The notes beneath the pieces are model-generated. The model did not search any database. It was not told where the DNA came from and was given only the letters and a program-made list of their open reading frames with translations. Of a stretch of DNA of 64,000 nt, positions 38,081 through 47,502 are shown piece by piece. Within the stretch, counting starts at the first letter, position 1. Every line of letters starts with the position of its first letter. A program made the translations under genes and the position numbers. The stretch comes from Candidatus Daviesbacteria bacterium GW2011_GWA1_41_61 (GTDB lineage Bacteria; Patescibacteriota; Microgenomatia; Daviesbacterales; UBA10151): NCBI GenBank assembly GCA_000997385.1, contig LCBT01000001.1, positions 177,493 to 241,492 of the forward strand, given 5' to 3'.

Positions 38081-40068
38081 TTAGATACCCTTTGATATAT
38101 CTTTACATTTTGGGAATTATAGATCTCCTTTAAGTCAAGATCTCTAACATCCGCGGCAAACTTTTGTCCCCAAACCAAATAAACATAATCAATTTTGTAT
38201 TTACCAAGAAACTGGTTAATATTGTCCGCAGATTTATCTCCAAAAATAAGTTTCCTTTCTTCAAACAAACTGTCTGCTTTGTAACCCATAATATCAACCT
38301 GTTCTTGGTCGGCAGCCCAGGTTCTTCTTCCTGAAAAAGCGGAGATGTAACCTGTATCATACCAGGAGTAAATTGGCACAGGAGGATAATATTTATCTCT
38401 TTCATACTTATTAAATGGCGCTGTTAAAATAATTGAGTTTTCAGTTGAATTTTCTCTTAAAGACTCCAGAGCCTTTACCTCTTCAAAAGTAACCTTCGAC
38501 AATGGTTGGTTAGAATAAAACTGCCAGAGCAAGCCGATCTGAGTAGGTACAGCTAAAACCATAATAATAAGGCTAAAAAAAAACTTAGCATAAGATGATT
38601 TAATTTTAGCAATTAAGATCGAGGCGCTTACTGCTGCCAGAAAGCCAAAAAATAATAAAAAATACTGATTATATTGAATAACGTTCCAGGCAACTCCTTT
38701 TTGGACAAACAAAACCGGAAGCAAAAATGAAGCAGCTGTAACTGACAGAAAGAATAAGTTAAACGGGTGTTTAAAAATATTCCCTTTTAAATACTGCCCC
38801 ACTGCCAAAAATCCTAAAAACCTCATCCCCAAGTTTCCGAATAAAAATATTAGCAGCGCTGTTGTTTCCAATTGGATAACTCTTTTGATATTACCCTCTG
38901 ATAAATAAGTCTGGCGTCTTAACTCCATATCAAGCCAATTTAATCTATCCGGAACCACTACCATAGTCCTGATAAACCACCACGGCTGCCAAACTAAAAA
39001 TTCCTGGGAGCTTTCATTGTTGGGAAGATAAAGGATTAAAGCCGCTACCAGAGTAGTAAAAAAAAGTAATAGTGTTTTAAAGTACCTTTTACTGAGGATC
39101 TCCCATAAACCAACTATCAGTAATCCCCCTAATATCAATGTACCGGCATAAACTTTAAACTCAATAACCGTACCTCCCAAAAGTGCAGTTAGTAAAAACA
39201 GGTTATTTGTTCTATTTTGTAGGTACTTGTAAAAAAAATACAAAAAGGCAGTCAGTATAATAAAAGCTGAGGCATGAGGAGGGTTTCCTAATACCGATTG
39301 AGTTTGAGAAACCCAGAAAATAGCTTCGCCGTTTAAATTGCCGTAACGAGGCAGAGTTAATAAATAACCAAAACTGCCGGCAAAGTAAGTAAAAATCATC
39401 GCCCAAATACCGGCAGAAAAACTTTTTGACCAAAGGCGAACAAAAATAAAACTGCCCAGCCCCAACAGAAGAGAAAATAAAACCGGTATGAATCGGAAAT
39501 AGATATCAAAACTGGAAAATCTAAACAGCCGACCCATTTCCGACATTAGCAAATCAACAAAAAAATGATAGTTTTGCAACTTGTGACCGGCATATTCAGG
39601 GTTTTGGAAAGGAAAAACATTACTCTTCATCTCTTCCATTAAGGCAACATGCCAAATCCCATCATGACCATGAGAGCTCCAGAAATAATAACCTTCCGAG
39701 TAAGGAAAACCTGAGGGGGCATTGACTACCACCTGACCTGTTACACCGACCGCAAGAACAGTCAGGAAAATGATTACTGTTTTTTTAGGGTAATTAAAAT
39801 TAAACCGAAACAGCTCTTTTCTGAATTTAAAAAATATGACTAATCCCGCCAAGGGAATCACCCACATTAAAAACCGAAGGTTAAATACGGCTAAAATATA
39901 TGCCAGTAAAGTAAAGACAACCAAACCGACAACTGTAGACAAAGTATATTTTTCTAAAATTGATAGCGGGGAAACCTTCAAAAGTTTAATTATACCGAAA
40001 CCAAGCGCCGTAAAAATTACTAAGCTCAGGGCTAAAAACAATAAACCAAAGATAATTTGGATAAACAT
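38077..40068 (-). CDS. polytopic membrane protein, uncharacterised GT-C-like family (HDGIWH motif); paralog of the C-terminal half of 40071..43550
   Basis: 663 aa. HGHDGIWHVALMEEMKSNVFPFQNPEYAGHKLQNYHFFVDLL. About 13 TM helices and a C-terminal soluble domain. Confidence 0.45.
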   Translation of the reverse strand: MFIQIIFGLLFLALSLVIFTALGFGIIKLLKVSPLSILEKYTLSTVVGLVVFTLLAYILAVFNLRFLMWVIPLAGLVIFFKFRKELFRFNFNYPKKTVIIFLTVLAVGVTGQVVVNAPSGFPYSEGYYFWSSHGHDGIWHVALMEEMKSNVFPFQNPEYAGHKLQNYHFFVDLLMSEMGRLFRFSSFDIYFRFIPVLFSLLLGLGSFIFVRLWSKSFSAGIWAMIFTYFAGSFGYLLTLPRYGNLNGEAIFWVSQTQSVLGNPPHASAFIILTAFLYFFYKYLQNRTNNLFLLTALLGGTVIEFKVYAGTLILGGLLIVGLWEILSKRYFKTLLLFFTTLVAALILYLPNNESSQEFLVWQPWWFIRTMVVVPDRLNWLDMELRRQTYLSEGNIKRVIQLETTALLIFLFGNLGMRFLGFLAVGQYLKGNIFKHPFNLFFLSVTAASFLLPVLFVQKGVAWNVIQYNQYFLLFFGFLAAVSASILIAKIKSSYAKFFFSLIIMVLAVPTQIGLLWQFYSNQPLSKVTFEEVKALESLRENSTENSIILTAPFNKYERDKYYPPVPIYSWYDTGYISAFSGRRTWAADQEQVDIMGYKADSLFEERKLIFGDKSADNINQFLGKYKIDYVYLVWGQKFAADVRDLDLKEIYNSQNVKIYQRVSK

Positions 40069-40070
40069 CT

Positions 40071-43000
40071 CTATTTTAAAACTTCATAAATATCAACTTC
40101 GCGATTATTATAAATATGATCTAATCGTAACTTCTCTTTATCTAAAAAACTATTAAATATTTTTGGCAAGTAAATATACTTTATATTACTATCATTTAAA
40201 AATTTTCTCGACCACTCGGCATCTTTACCCCTAAAGAAATCCTGGGCCGAAACCAAACGTTTTTTATAATCATTTTGGAAAATCTCCTGCTGTATTTCAT
40301 CCTCTAGAAAAGTGGTTTTACCGGAAAAAGCTGATACATAGGAAGTGGTTTCATAGGCAAACAAAGGATAGGGCGCTTGAAATTTTTTTCTCAGGTTTTC
40401 ATCATAAGGATAAGTTACAACTACCCCATCAGGCTGCTTTTGAAGCCATTCTAAAGCTTCCAGCTCAGCAAAGCCTATACCAGAAGGTGGTTGTCCCTCA
40501 AAAGAACTTTTAAAGGTAGCAGCGCTACTGATTGGGGTAATAAGTAAGATAGCTGCCACTAAAGAGAAAGTAGTGATTCTAAAATAGTTATTACCAATTA
40601 GGTTCATTTTTCGTATAACATAGACAATAGTGACCGCAGAGGCCAAAGCAGTAAAATATAATAGATAGTAGAAAAACTGGATAGAATTCCAGTTATTTCC
40701 CTTCTGGATAAAAAGCAAAGGAATAACCAAAGAGAAAATGGATAACAAAAATATTAAGGAAAATTCTAAATTCTTCCAAATTTTTCTCTTTAAAAATGAT
40801 CCCACCACTCCAAAAGATAAAAATCTAGTCCCTAAATTCCCCACAATAAACAATCCTAAAGCCAAAGCTTCACTTGTAATAAATTTCAGCCATTCTCCTC
40901 TTTCAAAATAGGCCACTCTTGCCTGTGACAACTTAAGCCATCCTACCCTGTCGGAAAAATCAACCATCGAATGGACAAACCAAAAAGGAGAAAAGACTAA
41001 AAGCCCTCCCGCTCCACTGTTTTGAGGTAAAAAAACCACTAAAGAAAGTGCCGCTGAAGCAATAAAAACTAACAACAAAAATTTTTTCTTGGCAAAAATT
41101 AATTGCTGCAGGGAGATTAAGAATAAACTACCCAGCACTAAAAGTCCGGCATAAACTTTAAACTCAATAAGTGATCCAACCAACAAAACTAAGATCAGGC
41201 AGGTAATTTTACTACCTTGGTTAACTAAATGTCTAAAAAGCAAGACAATGGCTACCATCAATACTAGGGAAATGGCAAAGGGAGGGTTGAGGTTAAAAGA
41301 CACCGGCTGGTTAACCCAAAAAGTTGATTCTCCACCCCAGCTTTTACTTTTCAAATATTCCACAATCCAACCGAAACTCCCACCAAAATAAACAAAATAC
41401 AAAGAGGTTAAGGTTATTAACTTATTTTTAAATAACCGCGTCACTAAAAGGTAAGTACCTAAACCTAATAATAAAGAAAGTAGCAGCGGATAAAACCGGT
41501 ACAAAAGGTCTAATATCGGCACAGTAGAAATTTTGTTAGTCTGGGCCACTAATAGATCATAAAAATAATGGTAATTGTTTAATAATGTCCCTGAAAATGC
41601 TGGATTTTGAGGAGGAATCTCTTTGACTAACTGATTAACCAAGGCCTGATGCCAGATACCGTCATGTCCTGTTGGTCCTTGAAAGCCGATACCAAAATCA
41701 TAAACCCACCCGGAACGCATCATCCCCAAAGACTGAAAAATTATTCCCCCAATTATTATTGCGCCAGTTATTAAATAGCTTGGGGAAAGTATTTTCTTTA
41801 ATTGGCCAGTTACATCTACTTCTAGATAAACTCTCTTGATAAAAAAAACTGCTAAGGTTAAAAAAGGATAGATAAAGATTAACCATCCTAATTTCAGATA
41901 ACCTAGCAGATAGGAAAGTAAGGTGAGTAACACAAATCCTAAACAAATAGAGATGAATAATTTAAACATTGAGGACTCACTTTGAAGATACCGGGCAAGT
42001 AAAAATCCGGGAATAAATAAAACTCCTATCACAAAGAGCGCAAATTTTATAAACTGCCAGGATAAATTGACAGTTACACCGACAATATCGACAGACCGTT
42101 TATCCGTCAAACCTAAAGATCGGTAATCTGTACTTTCTTGGGAGTTAATAGCCTGAAGGATCAGCCCATCAATTGAAGATACTTTGCCGTCTATATCAAT
42201 ATCCCGGGGTAAAAATTTCACCTCTTTTCTTCTTCCTGCCTCATTAGTGTAACTTAAAAGATACTCCTCCCCGAATTTTTTAATATCTAAACCACTAATT
42301 TTACCTTCATCTAAAACTAATCTTCTGCCGTAAGTCACATCATCTAAAACCCGGGTGGGGAAAGTGGCAAAATTTAACTGCTGACAAGATTTTAAAAGAC
42401 AAATTTCCTCTTGCCCCTCCACATATTGGCGGATATCCCGAAATAAGCTGCCATCCTTATTATAAAACCAACCAGCCCGGTAATAAGGATTCATAAACCA
42501 GACTGATTTTTGGGATGATTCTTTAGGATCATCAGCGATAATAATCTGTTCTGGAGAAATATCAGGAAATTGTTCCTTGTACCACTTAGCAAAGTCACTC
42601 ATAATAACAAGTTTTAATTGACCTGATTGTCTTTTACTGGCTAAAAATTTCATCTGTTGGCTATACTCTGGACCGTATTTTGGCCAAGAATAAGAATTTT
42701 CTAGTCCTACCACCACCTGATTTACCTGGTTAAATTTCTGATTGGTATAAAGATCGATCAACTTAGAAAAATAATTTATATCTAAATTGTGATAATCGAT
42801 ATAATCGTTGGCCTGAAGGCTATAAGTGCTTTCTTGCACTCCATCACCATAACCGTTAATCGGATCACGAGAGGCCCATTGCATCATCACCACTGGTAAT
42901 TTGCTATCTTTGTTCTGGGCTGGAAATAAAGCATTAACCTTAGAAGGGTAATATGGAGTGGACCAATATTGTCCCCAGATTTGATAATTATCAGTAGTAT

Positions 43001-43550
43001 ATTGATCGGCTACAATTAAGGCTGCCTCAATTTGGTATTTTTTTTCCATATAATCCAGAGAATAAGCATCAATCCACCAAGCCCCAACAGACTTAGGATA
43101 AAAACCAAAAACATTTTTGAAGTTACCAAAAGCGCTGTCAATTAATTTTTCCCTTTCAGCTATCTCATAACCGATCAAAAAGACACTGCCCGCATAATGC
43201 CAGCTTTCTGACTGACGGTAACTGACTCCAGCTTCCTTGTTCCAATTGGGGGTTATCTCTAAAAAGAGGCCAACCTCATCAGCAGGAGACGCTGATTTGA
43301 CTATCTTGACTAAATCTGGATCTTTTAAAACATCAAAACGGACCAGCCAAGTGGCAGGAATATTTTGCTGCCTTAAAATTTCCATTTGCCCCAAAATAGC
43401 CTCAGAAGGTTTTTGATCTTCCATCTCCCAAAAGTCCGATCCCCGGACAGGATTTACTACTGAAACAAAGGAGTTATTTTGAGCCTCAACTAAATCCGTG
43501 TTCATTAAAAACAATAAAGATATGATTAAAAAAACTAAATATTTAACCAC
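40071..43550 (-). CDS. large fusion protein: signal peptide, ~480 aa extracytoplasmic domain of unknown function, then GT-C-like polytopic membrane domain (HDGIWH family)
   Basis: 1159 aa. N-terminus MVKYLVFLIISLLFLMNTDLVEAQ is a signal peptide. The C-terminal domain has GHDGIWHQALVNQLVKEIPPQNPAFSGTLLNNYHYFYDLL, matching the adjacent 663 aa gene. Confidence 0.5.
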   Translation of the reverse strand: MVKYLVFLIISLLFLMNTDLVEAQNNSFVSVVNPVRGSDFWEMEDQKPSEAILGQMEILRQQNIPATWLVRFDVLKDPDLVKIVKSASPADEVGLFLEITPNWNKEAGVSYRQSESWHYAGSVFLIGYEIAEREKLIDSAFGNFKNVFGFYPKSVGAWWIDAYSLDYMEKKYQIEAALIVADQYTTDNYQIWGQYWSTPYYPSKVNALFPAQNKDSKLPVVMMQWASRDPINGYGDGVQESTYSLQANDYIDYHNLDINYFSKLIDLYTNQKFNQVNQVVVGLENSYSWPKYGPEYSQQMKFLASKRQSGQLKLVIMSDFAKWYKEQFPDISPEQIIIADDPKESSQKSVWFMNPYYRAGWFYNKDGSLFRDIRQYVEGQEEICLLKSCQQLNFATFPTRVLDDVTYGRRLVLDEGKISGLDIKKFGEEYLLSYTNEAGRRKEVKFLPRDIDIDGKVSSIDGLILQAINSQESTDYRSLGLTDKRSVDIVGVTVNLSWQFIKFALFVIGVLFIPGFLLARYLQSESSMFKLFISICLGFVLLTLLSYLLGYLKLGWLIFIYPFLTLAVFFIKRVYLEVDVTGQLKKILSPSYLITGAIIIGGIIFQSLGMMRSGWVYDFGIGFQGPTGHDGIWHQALVNQLVKEIPPQNPAFSGTLLNNYHYFYDLLVAQTNKISTVPILDLLYRFYPLLLSLLLGLGTYLLVTRLFKNKLITLTSLYFVYFGGSFGWIVEYLKSKSWGGESTFWVNQPVSFNLNPPFAISLVLMVAIVLLFRHLVNQGSKITCLILVLLVGSLIEFKVYAGLLVLGSLFLISLQQLIFAKKKFLLLVFIASAALSLVVFLPQNSGAGGLLVFSPFWFVHSMVDFSDRVGWLKLSQARVAYFERGEWLKFITSEALALGLFIVGNLGTRFLSFGVVGSFLKRKIWKNLEFSLIFLLSIFSLVIPLLFIQKGNNWNSIQFFYYLLYFTALASAVTIVYVIRKMNLIGNNYFRITTFSLVAAILLITPISSAATFKSSFEGQPPSGIGFAELEALEWLQKQPDGVVVTYPYDENLRKKFQAPYPLFAYETTSYVSAFSGKTTFLEDEIQQEIFQNDYKKRLVSAQDFFRGKDAEWSRKFLNDSNIKYIYLPKIFNSFLDKEKLRLDHIYNNREVDIYEVLK

Positions 43551-44991
43551 TTTTAAGACTCCTCAGATCAGCTAATAATACTTTCCCCTTAAAAGAAATG
43601 ACTAAAGCATAAACTATAATCCCTAAAGTGACAGCTAATATCAGAGTAAAAACGTCCCGGACAAAATTTTGGGCAAATAAGTAAACAGTGCCAGCCATAA
43701 CTGACGAGGCCACCACTGGCCAGGCTAGAGCGTTTAAAACCCGCACCACTAAAACTCTTTTTACTAAGATAACGGGCAGGAGGGAGGTAAAAGATATCAC
43801 AAATGAAGCCAAAGCCACACCCAGATATCCATATTTTAAAACTAACAGCGGGGTTAAGACCCAAGTAGAAACCGTCCACAAAATCATCAATTTTAAAGTC
43901 GTCTTAATATGCCCAATGGCATTTAAGGTATTGGTAAAGGTAGTTGAGATAACCGCCCAAAAGGTGGAAAAAGCAAAAAAGTAAAAACCGAGTAGTGCTG
44001 GCTGCCACTTAGAAGAGATAACGTAGGTGACTAAAGAAGGCAAAATTGCTGCCAGCCCAAACAACGCTGGATAAACCAGCAGAGCAGTAACAAAAAGTGA
44101 TTTTTCCACAGCCCGGCCTAAATTGTCTTTATTCCCCTGTAATCTGGAAAAGGCCGGAAAAGAGATCCGGATAATAATATTCATCATCTCTAAAGGCAAA
44201 AAGGCCATATTTTGAGCCCAAGTGATAAAACCTATTCCCAATGGTCCAACCATCCCCGCCACCACCAAGGGAACTAATCTATCCTTCACCAAAGCTAGCA
44301 AGCTGTTAGCCTGAAAAGGCAAACCAAAGGTTAAAAGTTTTTTGGCGGCGGTTTTTTCGATTCCTAAGCTTAACTTTACCGGAGCCAAAATATAAATCAG
44401 TGAGGTGCCACTCAATCCTCTGGCTAAAGCAGCGATGGAAAAGCTCCAAATTCCTAAGTTAGCTAAAACAGTAATAATCAGCAACCCGTTAAAAATTAAG
44501 GTTTCGACGATTTCTACCGCCACTAAAGGCTGAAACCTTAGCTCCCTCTCCAATAAGACTGCCGGCACTACTTTTAAAGATGATAGCAAAAACGATATTC
44601 CTAACACCCGTACCAACCAAACACCGGCCTCATCTAAACTATAAATCTGGCCAATGAGGGGGGCTCCCAAAATAACTATTAAGCTTATACTGAGCACTAA
44701 AAGCTGCTGGATAGTAAAGACTGTTTTAATATCATCTTGGGTAATATCTTCTTTCTTTTGAATCAAGGAAGCAGCAAGTCCAATATCAGAAAAAAAAGCC
44801 AAAAAGACAATCACTGCAGTAGCAATATTAAAAATACCTAAAGTTTCTACCGGCAGAGTTCTGGCTAAAATAACATTTAAGGTAACAAAACTAATAGCCC
44901 GCAGGGCTATTTGCCGGGCTGTCAAACTCATAAACGAAGAGGCAGCTCTCTTTTTAATCTCTGATAAAGATAAAGATTGTCCTTCTTTCAT
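43543..44991 (-). CDS. Wzx-like flippase (MOP superfamily polysaccharide biosynthesis protein)
   Basis: 482 aa with about 12-14 TM helices. The N-terminus (ARQIALRAISFVTLNVILARTLPVETLGIFNIATAVIVF) is typical of Wzx/MATE-like flippases. Confidence 0.6.
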   Translation of the reverse strand: MKEGQSLSLSEIKKRAASSFMSLTARQIALRAISFVTLNVILARTLPVETLGIFNIATAVIVFLAFFSDIGLAASLIQKKEDITQDDIKTVFTIQQLLVLSISLIVILGAPLIGQIYSLDEAGVWLVRVLGISFLLSSLKVVPAVLLERELRFQPLVAVEIVETLIFNGLLIITVLANLGIWSFSIAALARGLSGTSLIYILAPVKLSLGIEKTAAKKLLTFGLPFQANSLLALVKDRLVPLVVAGMVGPLGIGFITWAQNMAFLPLEMMNIIIRISFPAFSRLQGNKDNLGRAVEKSLFVTALLVYPALFGLAAILPSLVTYVISSKWQPALLGFYFFAFSTFWAVISTTFTNTLNAIGHIKTTLKLMILWTVSTWVLTPLLVLKYGYLGVALASFVISFTSLLPVILVKRVLVVRVLNALAWPVVASSVMAGTVYLFAQNFVRDVFTLILAVTLGIIVYALVISFKGKVLLADLRSLKSG

Positions 44992-44994
44992 AAT

Positions 44995-46233
44995 TTATCT
45001 AAATAAACCATTTAAGTAATAAGACAACCAACGGCGTAGCGGCTGTATTTGAACTATCACTCCAGCCAAATATAGAAAAAAGCCCAAACCTGTTGCTAAG
45101 TTAGCTAAATCTCTGACAGGAGTATCAAACAGCCTAGCCTCAACATTGTGCTTGCCTGGCCCCAAGATAAAAGTAATGAGTCCCAAGCTGTTATCCTTAT
45201 AGCTTATCTCTGCCTCTTTGCCGTCAACTAAAACTCTCCAGTTTGGAAAATAGAATTGTGACAGCCTGATAATAGAGTGCGTTTTAGTCTCAGTTTTAAA
45301 AGAGATCCAATTAGTGCCAGACTGATAGTCTGCAATTTGAGATTCTCCCGTTAAGACCTGATAGCGGGGGATTGTTGGCTTGACTGAAGATTCTTCAACT
45401 GAAGACGGCAAAAAATCTGCTCCTGACCGCTCAATCCGATAGATGTATCCTAAGCCACTTTCACCAGAACGGACATAATCTCGTTCTAAAATTAGGGGTA
45501 CAATATAAAAAGAAGCCAGTAGTAAGCTTAACACTAAAGAAGCCAGGCTTAATTTGAACAGTTTAAAATTTGAGTGTAACGAAAATTTCAAGCTCTGCTT
45601 AAAATCCCTTCTGCTTAAAAGAGTGGATAGAAGAAACACCACCGAGGCCGGCAAAAATAACATTGCGATAATATGATGAGAAAGAACCGATATTGCTGCA
45701 ACTAAAGATAATATTAAAACACTACCTTCGGCAGGGATACAAATCAAACGCCTTAAAGCCCACACTAAAGCCGGAATCAAAGCTAATACCGCGATTTCCC
45801 CTAAAGAACCGGTTCCTCCATAGATTACTACTGCAGAGGACACCAAACTATAAAAAATGCCCAGAAAAACCTTTTTCTTAGCAGTCCAAAATTTTGGGGC
45901 CATCAGATAGACAAAAAGATAAGCCACCAAACCAAAAAGAGAAAAGGTAACTCTGACTGCTAAAAGAAAGCTGTGGGTAAGAAGATAGCCCGCTTCCCCC
46001 AGATAATAAGGCAAAGGCGCGTAGTAATTAAATAGGGGATAACCGTACATTTGACCTAAATCAGGAACCCAGCGGCAGGGGATCTGACCATCGCGCAGGC
46101 ATTTATCGATCTGATAAACCCGCATGGTCTGATTGTAGCTGGTTTTAATAAAATAAGGAGAAAAGGTCAAAGCCAAAAACAACACCAAAGTGAATAAAAA
46201 TCCTATCAAAAAAGATCTGTTTTTAAGCATCAT
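44995..46233 (-). CDS. polytopic membrane protein, QIPCRWVPD...FNYY family (paralog 1 of 4); putative GT-C-type
   Basis: I place the start at the internal Met (MMLKNRSF), because the ORF-track start overlaps the upstream gene by 86 nt. Motif: MRVYQIDKCLRDGQIPCRWVPDLGQMYGYPLFNYYAPLPYYLGE. Confidence 0.45.
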   Translation of the reverse strand: MMLKNRSFLIGFLFTLVLFLALTFSPYFIKTSYNQTMRVYQIDKCLRDGQIPCRWVPDLGQMYGYPLFNYYAPLPYYLGEAGYLLTHSFLLAVRVTFSLFGLVAYLFVYLMAPKFWTAKKKVFLGIFYSLVSSAVVIYGGTGSLGEIAVLALIPALVWALRRLICIPAEGSVLILSLVAAISVLSHHIIAMLFLPASVVFLLSTLLSRRDFKQSLKFSLHSNFKLFKLSLASLVLSLLLASFYIVPLILERDYVRSGESGLGYIYRIERSGADFLPSSVEESSVKPTIPRYQVLTGESQIADYQSGTNWISFKTETKTHSIIRLSQFYFPNWRVLVDGKEAEISYKDNSLGLITFILGPGKHNVEARLFDTPVRDLANLATGLGFFLYLAGVIVQIQPLRRWLSYYLNGLFR

Positions 46234-46237
46234 CGAA

Positions 46238-47494
46238 TTAAGAATCGGCTTTCTTGGGAAAAAAATGATAGATAAAATACAACGCCCCTCCGGCAAATCC
46301 GGTCTGAAGCAGACTGCGGGCAAAATTATAATCCGGGTTAATACTTAAAATCTTCCAGATTGATGGGGAATTATAAAGAGAGCTGTTAAGTGGTGAAAAA
46401 AGTCCCAATGATAACCCGGGATCAAAGAAAAAAATCATTCCCGCAAAAGTGACCATCATAATGGCAGCCGGAAGGATAGATAAAGATGCTTCTTTCACTA
46501 AGCTTAGTATTATAAAGGGTGCCAGCCATAAAAACCACTGGGGATGGAAATGGGTAAAGATAAAGAAGGGTATCAAGGCGATAAAAAAGCGTTGCCAGAG
46601 ATTCTCTACTCGAGCCGGGATGGTTAACATTACTAAGTAGAGAAAGGTCAGTAATATTAAAAAAAGGAAGATGGCTTCACCGCCGGAAACGGCTATTTGA
46701 GGGTATAAACTTTTAAGAGTTTGGTTGGCTACTAAAGCTGTAGAGCGAAAACCGAAAGAGTGAATAAAAGGTAAAATAGTCACAAGATATGGCAGCAAAC
46801 CTAAAGTCACCACACCGACTCTTTCCTTCCAACTAGTAGCTAAGGAGGCTAAAGGGATTAAAAAGAAAAGAGGATAAATCTTAAAGGAAGCTCCAGCACC
46901 CAAAAGCAGCGCACTCAACAGTAAATTCTTAAGCCCCCTCCCCTTTTGCCTTAGTACCAGATATAAAGCCAAGGTCGAAAAGAAAACGGGAATAACATCA
47001 AATTGGCCCATCATATAAGTAGCATAGAGATTGACCGGATTAAATATCCATAAAGTAAAGGCTAAAAATTTCTCTTTTGGTGAATCAAAAAACTTAGCCA
47101 GTAGAAAAGCCAGGGGAAGGTCAAAAAGAAGGTATGGAATTTTTAAGAGTAATAAATGTAGGTAAAGTTGTGATTGCCCTAAGACCTGTGCCACATCAAC
47201 TAGGAAGTTTAAATGGAAAGAAGGATTTATCCAACCTACGGTGAGCCAGCTAAAGCCTCCTAAGAAGAAATAAACCATGGGAGGATAGTTAAAAGGATAG
47301 GCAGGATAAGTCTTTACAATAGGATCACCCGCAGAAAGACCAGATACAAAATCATAAAAGTTTAAAAGATTACCCCCTCCGATAACATAACCTGCCAAAT
47401 CAAGGTGTCGGATATCGGAATGATAAGTGATGGCACCCAAAGTAAGGCGCAAAATCAAACCAACAGTTAATACTATCCAAAACTTTTGACTCAT
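46238..47494 (-). CDS. polytopic membrane protein, GT-C-like (DUF2029/GT87-like mannosyltransferase features)
   Basis: 418 aa. IFNPVNLYATYMMGQFDVIPVFF loop motif, about 11 TM helices. Confidence 0.4.
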   Translation of the reverse strand: MSQKFWIVLTVGLILRLTLGAITYHSDIRHLDLAGYVIGGGNLLNFYDFVSGLSAGDPIVKTYPAYPFNYPPMVYFFLGGFSWLTVGWINPSFHLNFLVDVAQVLGQSQLYLHLLLLKIPYLLFDLPLAFLLAKFFDSPKEKFLAFTLWIFNPVNLYATYMMGQFDVIPVFFSTLALYLVLRQKGRGLKNLLLSALLLGAGASFKIYPLFFLIPLASLATSWKERVGVVTLGLLPYLVTILPFIHSFGFRSTALVANQTLKSLYPQIAVSGGEAIFLFLILLTFLYLVMLTIPARVENLWQRFFIALIPFFIFTHFHPQWFLWLAPFIILSLVKEASLSILPAAIMMVTFAGMIFFFDPGLSLGLFSPLNSSLYNSPSIWKILSINPDYNFARSLLQTGFAGGALYFIYHFFPKKADS

Positions 47495-47502
47495 TTAGAA
47501 AA

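Noticed and set aside
36765-41946. Small internal minus-strand and plus-strand ORFs (36765-36965, 38130-38405, 39212-39433, 39836-40156, 41698-41946)
   Set aside because: All sit inside or antisense to long membrane-protein CDSs in alternative frames. They have no motifs and no independent start context.
46234-46323. 30-codon N-terminal extension of the 44995 gene overlapping the upstream gene by 86 nt
   Set aside because: The extension (MPAVCFRPDLPEGRCILSIIFFPRKPILNS) is not hydrophobic-helix-like and the overlap is unusually long. The internal Met-Met at 46233 gives a 4 nt gap and an N-terminus that aligns with the paralogs.
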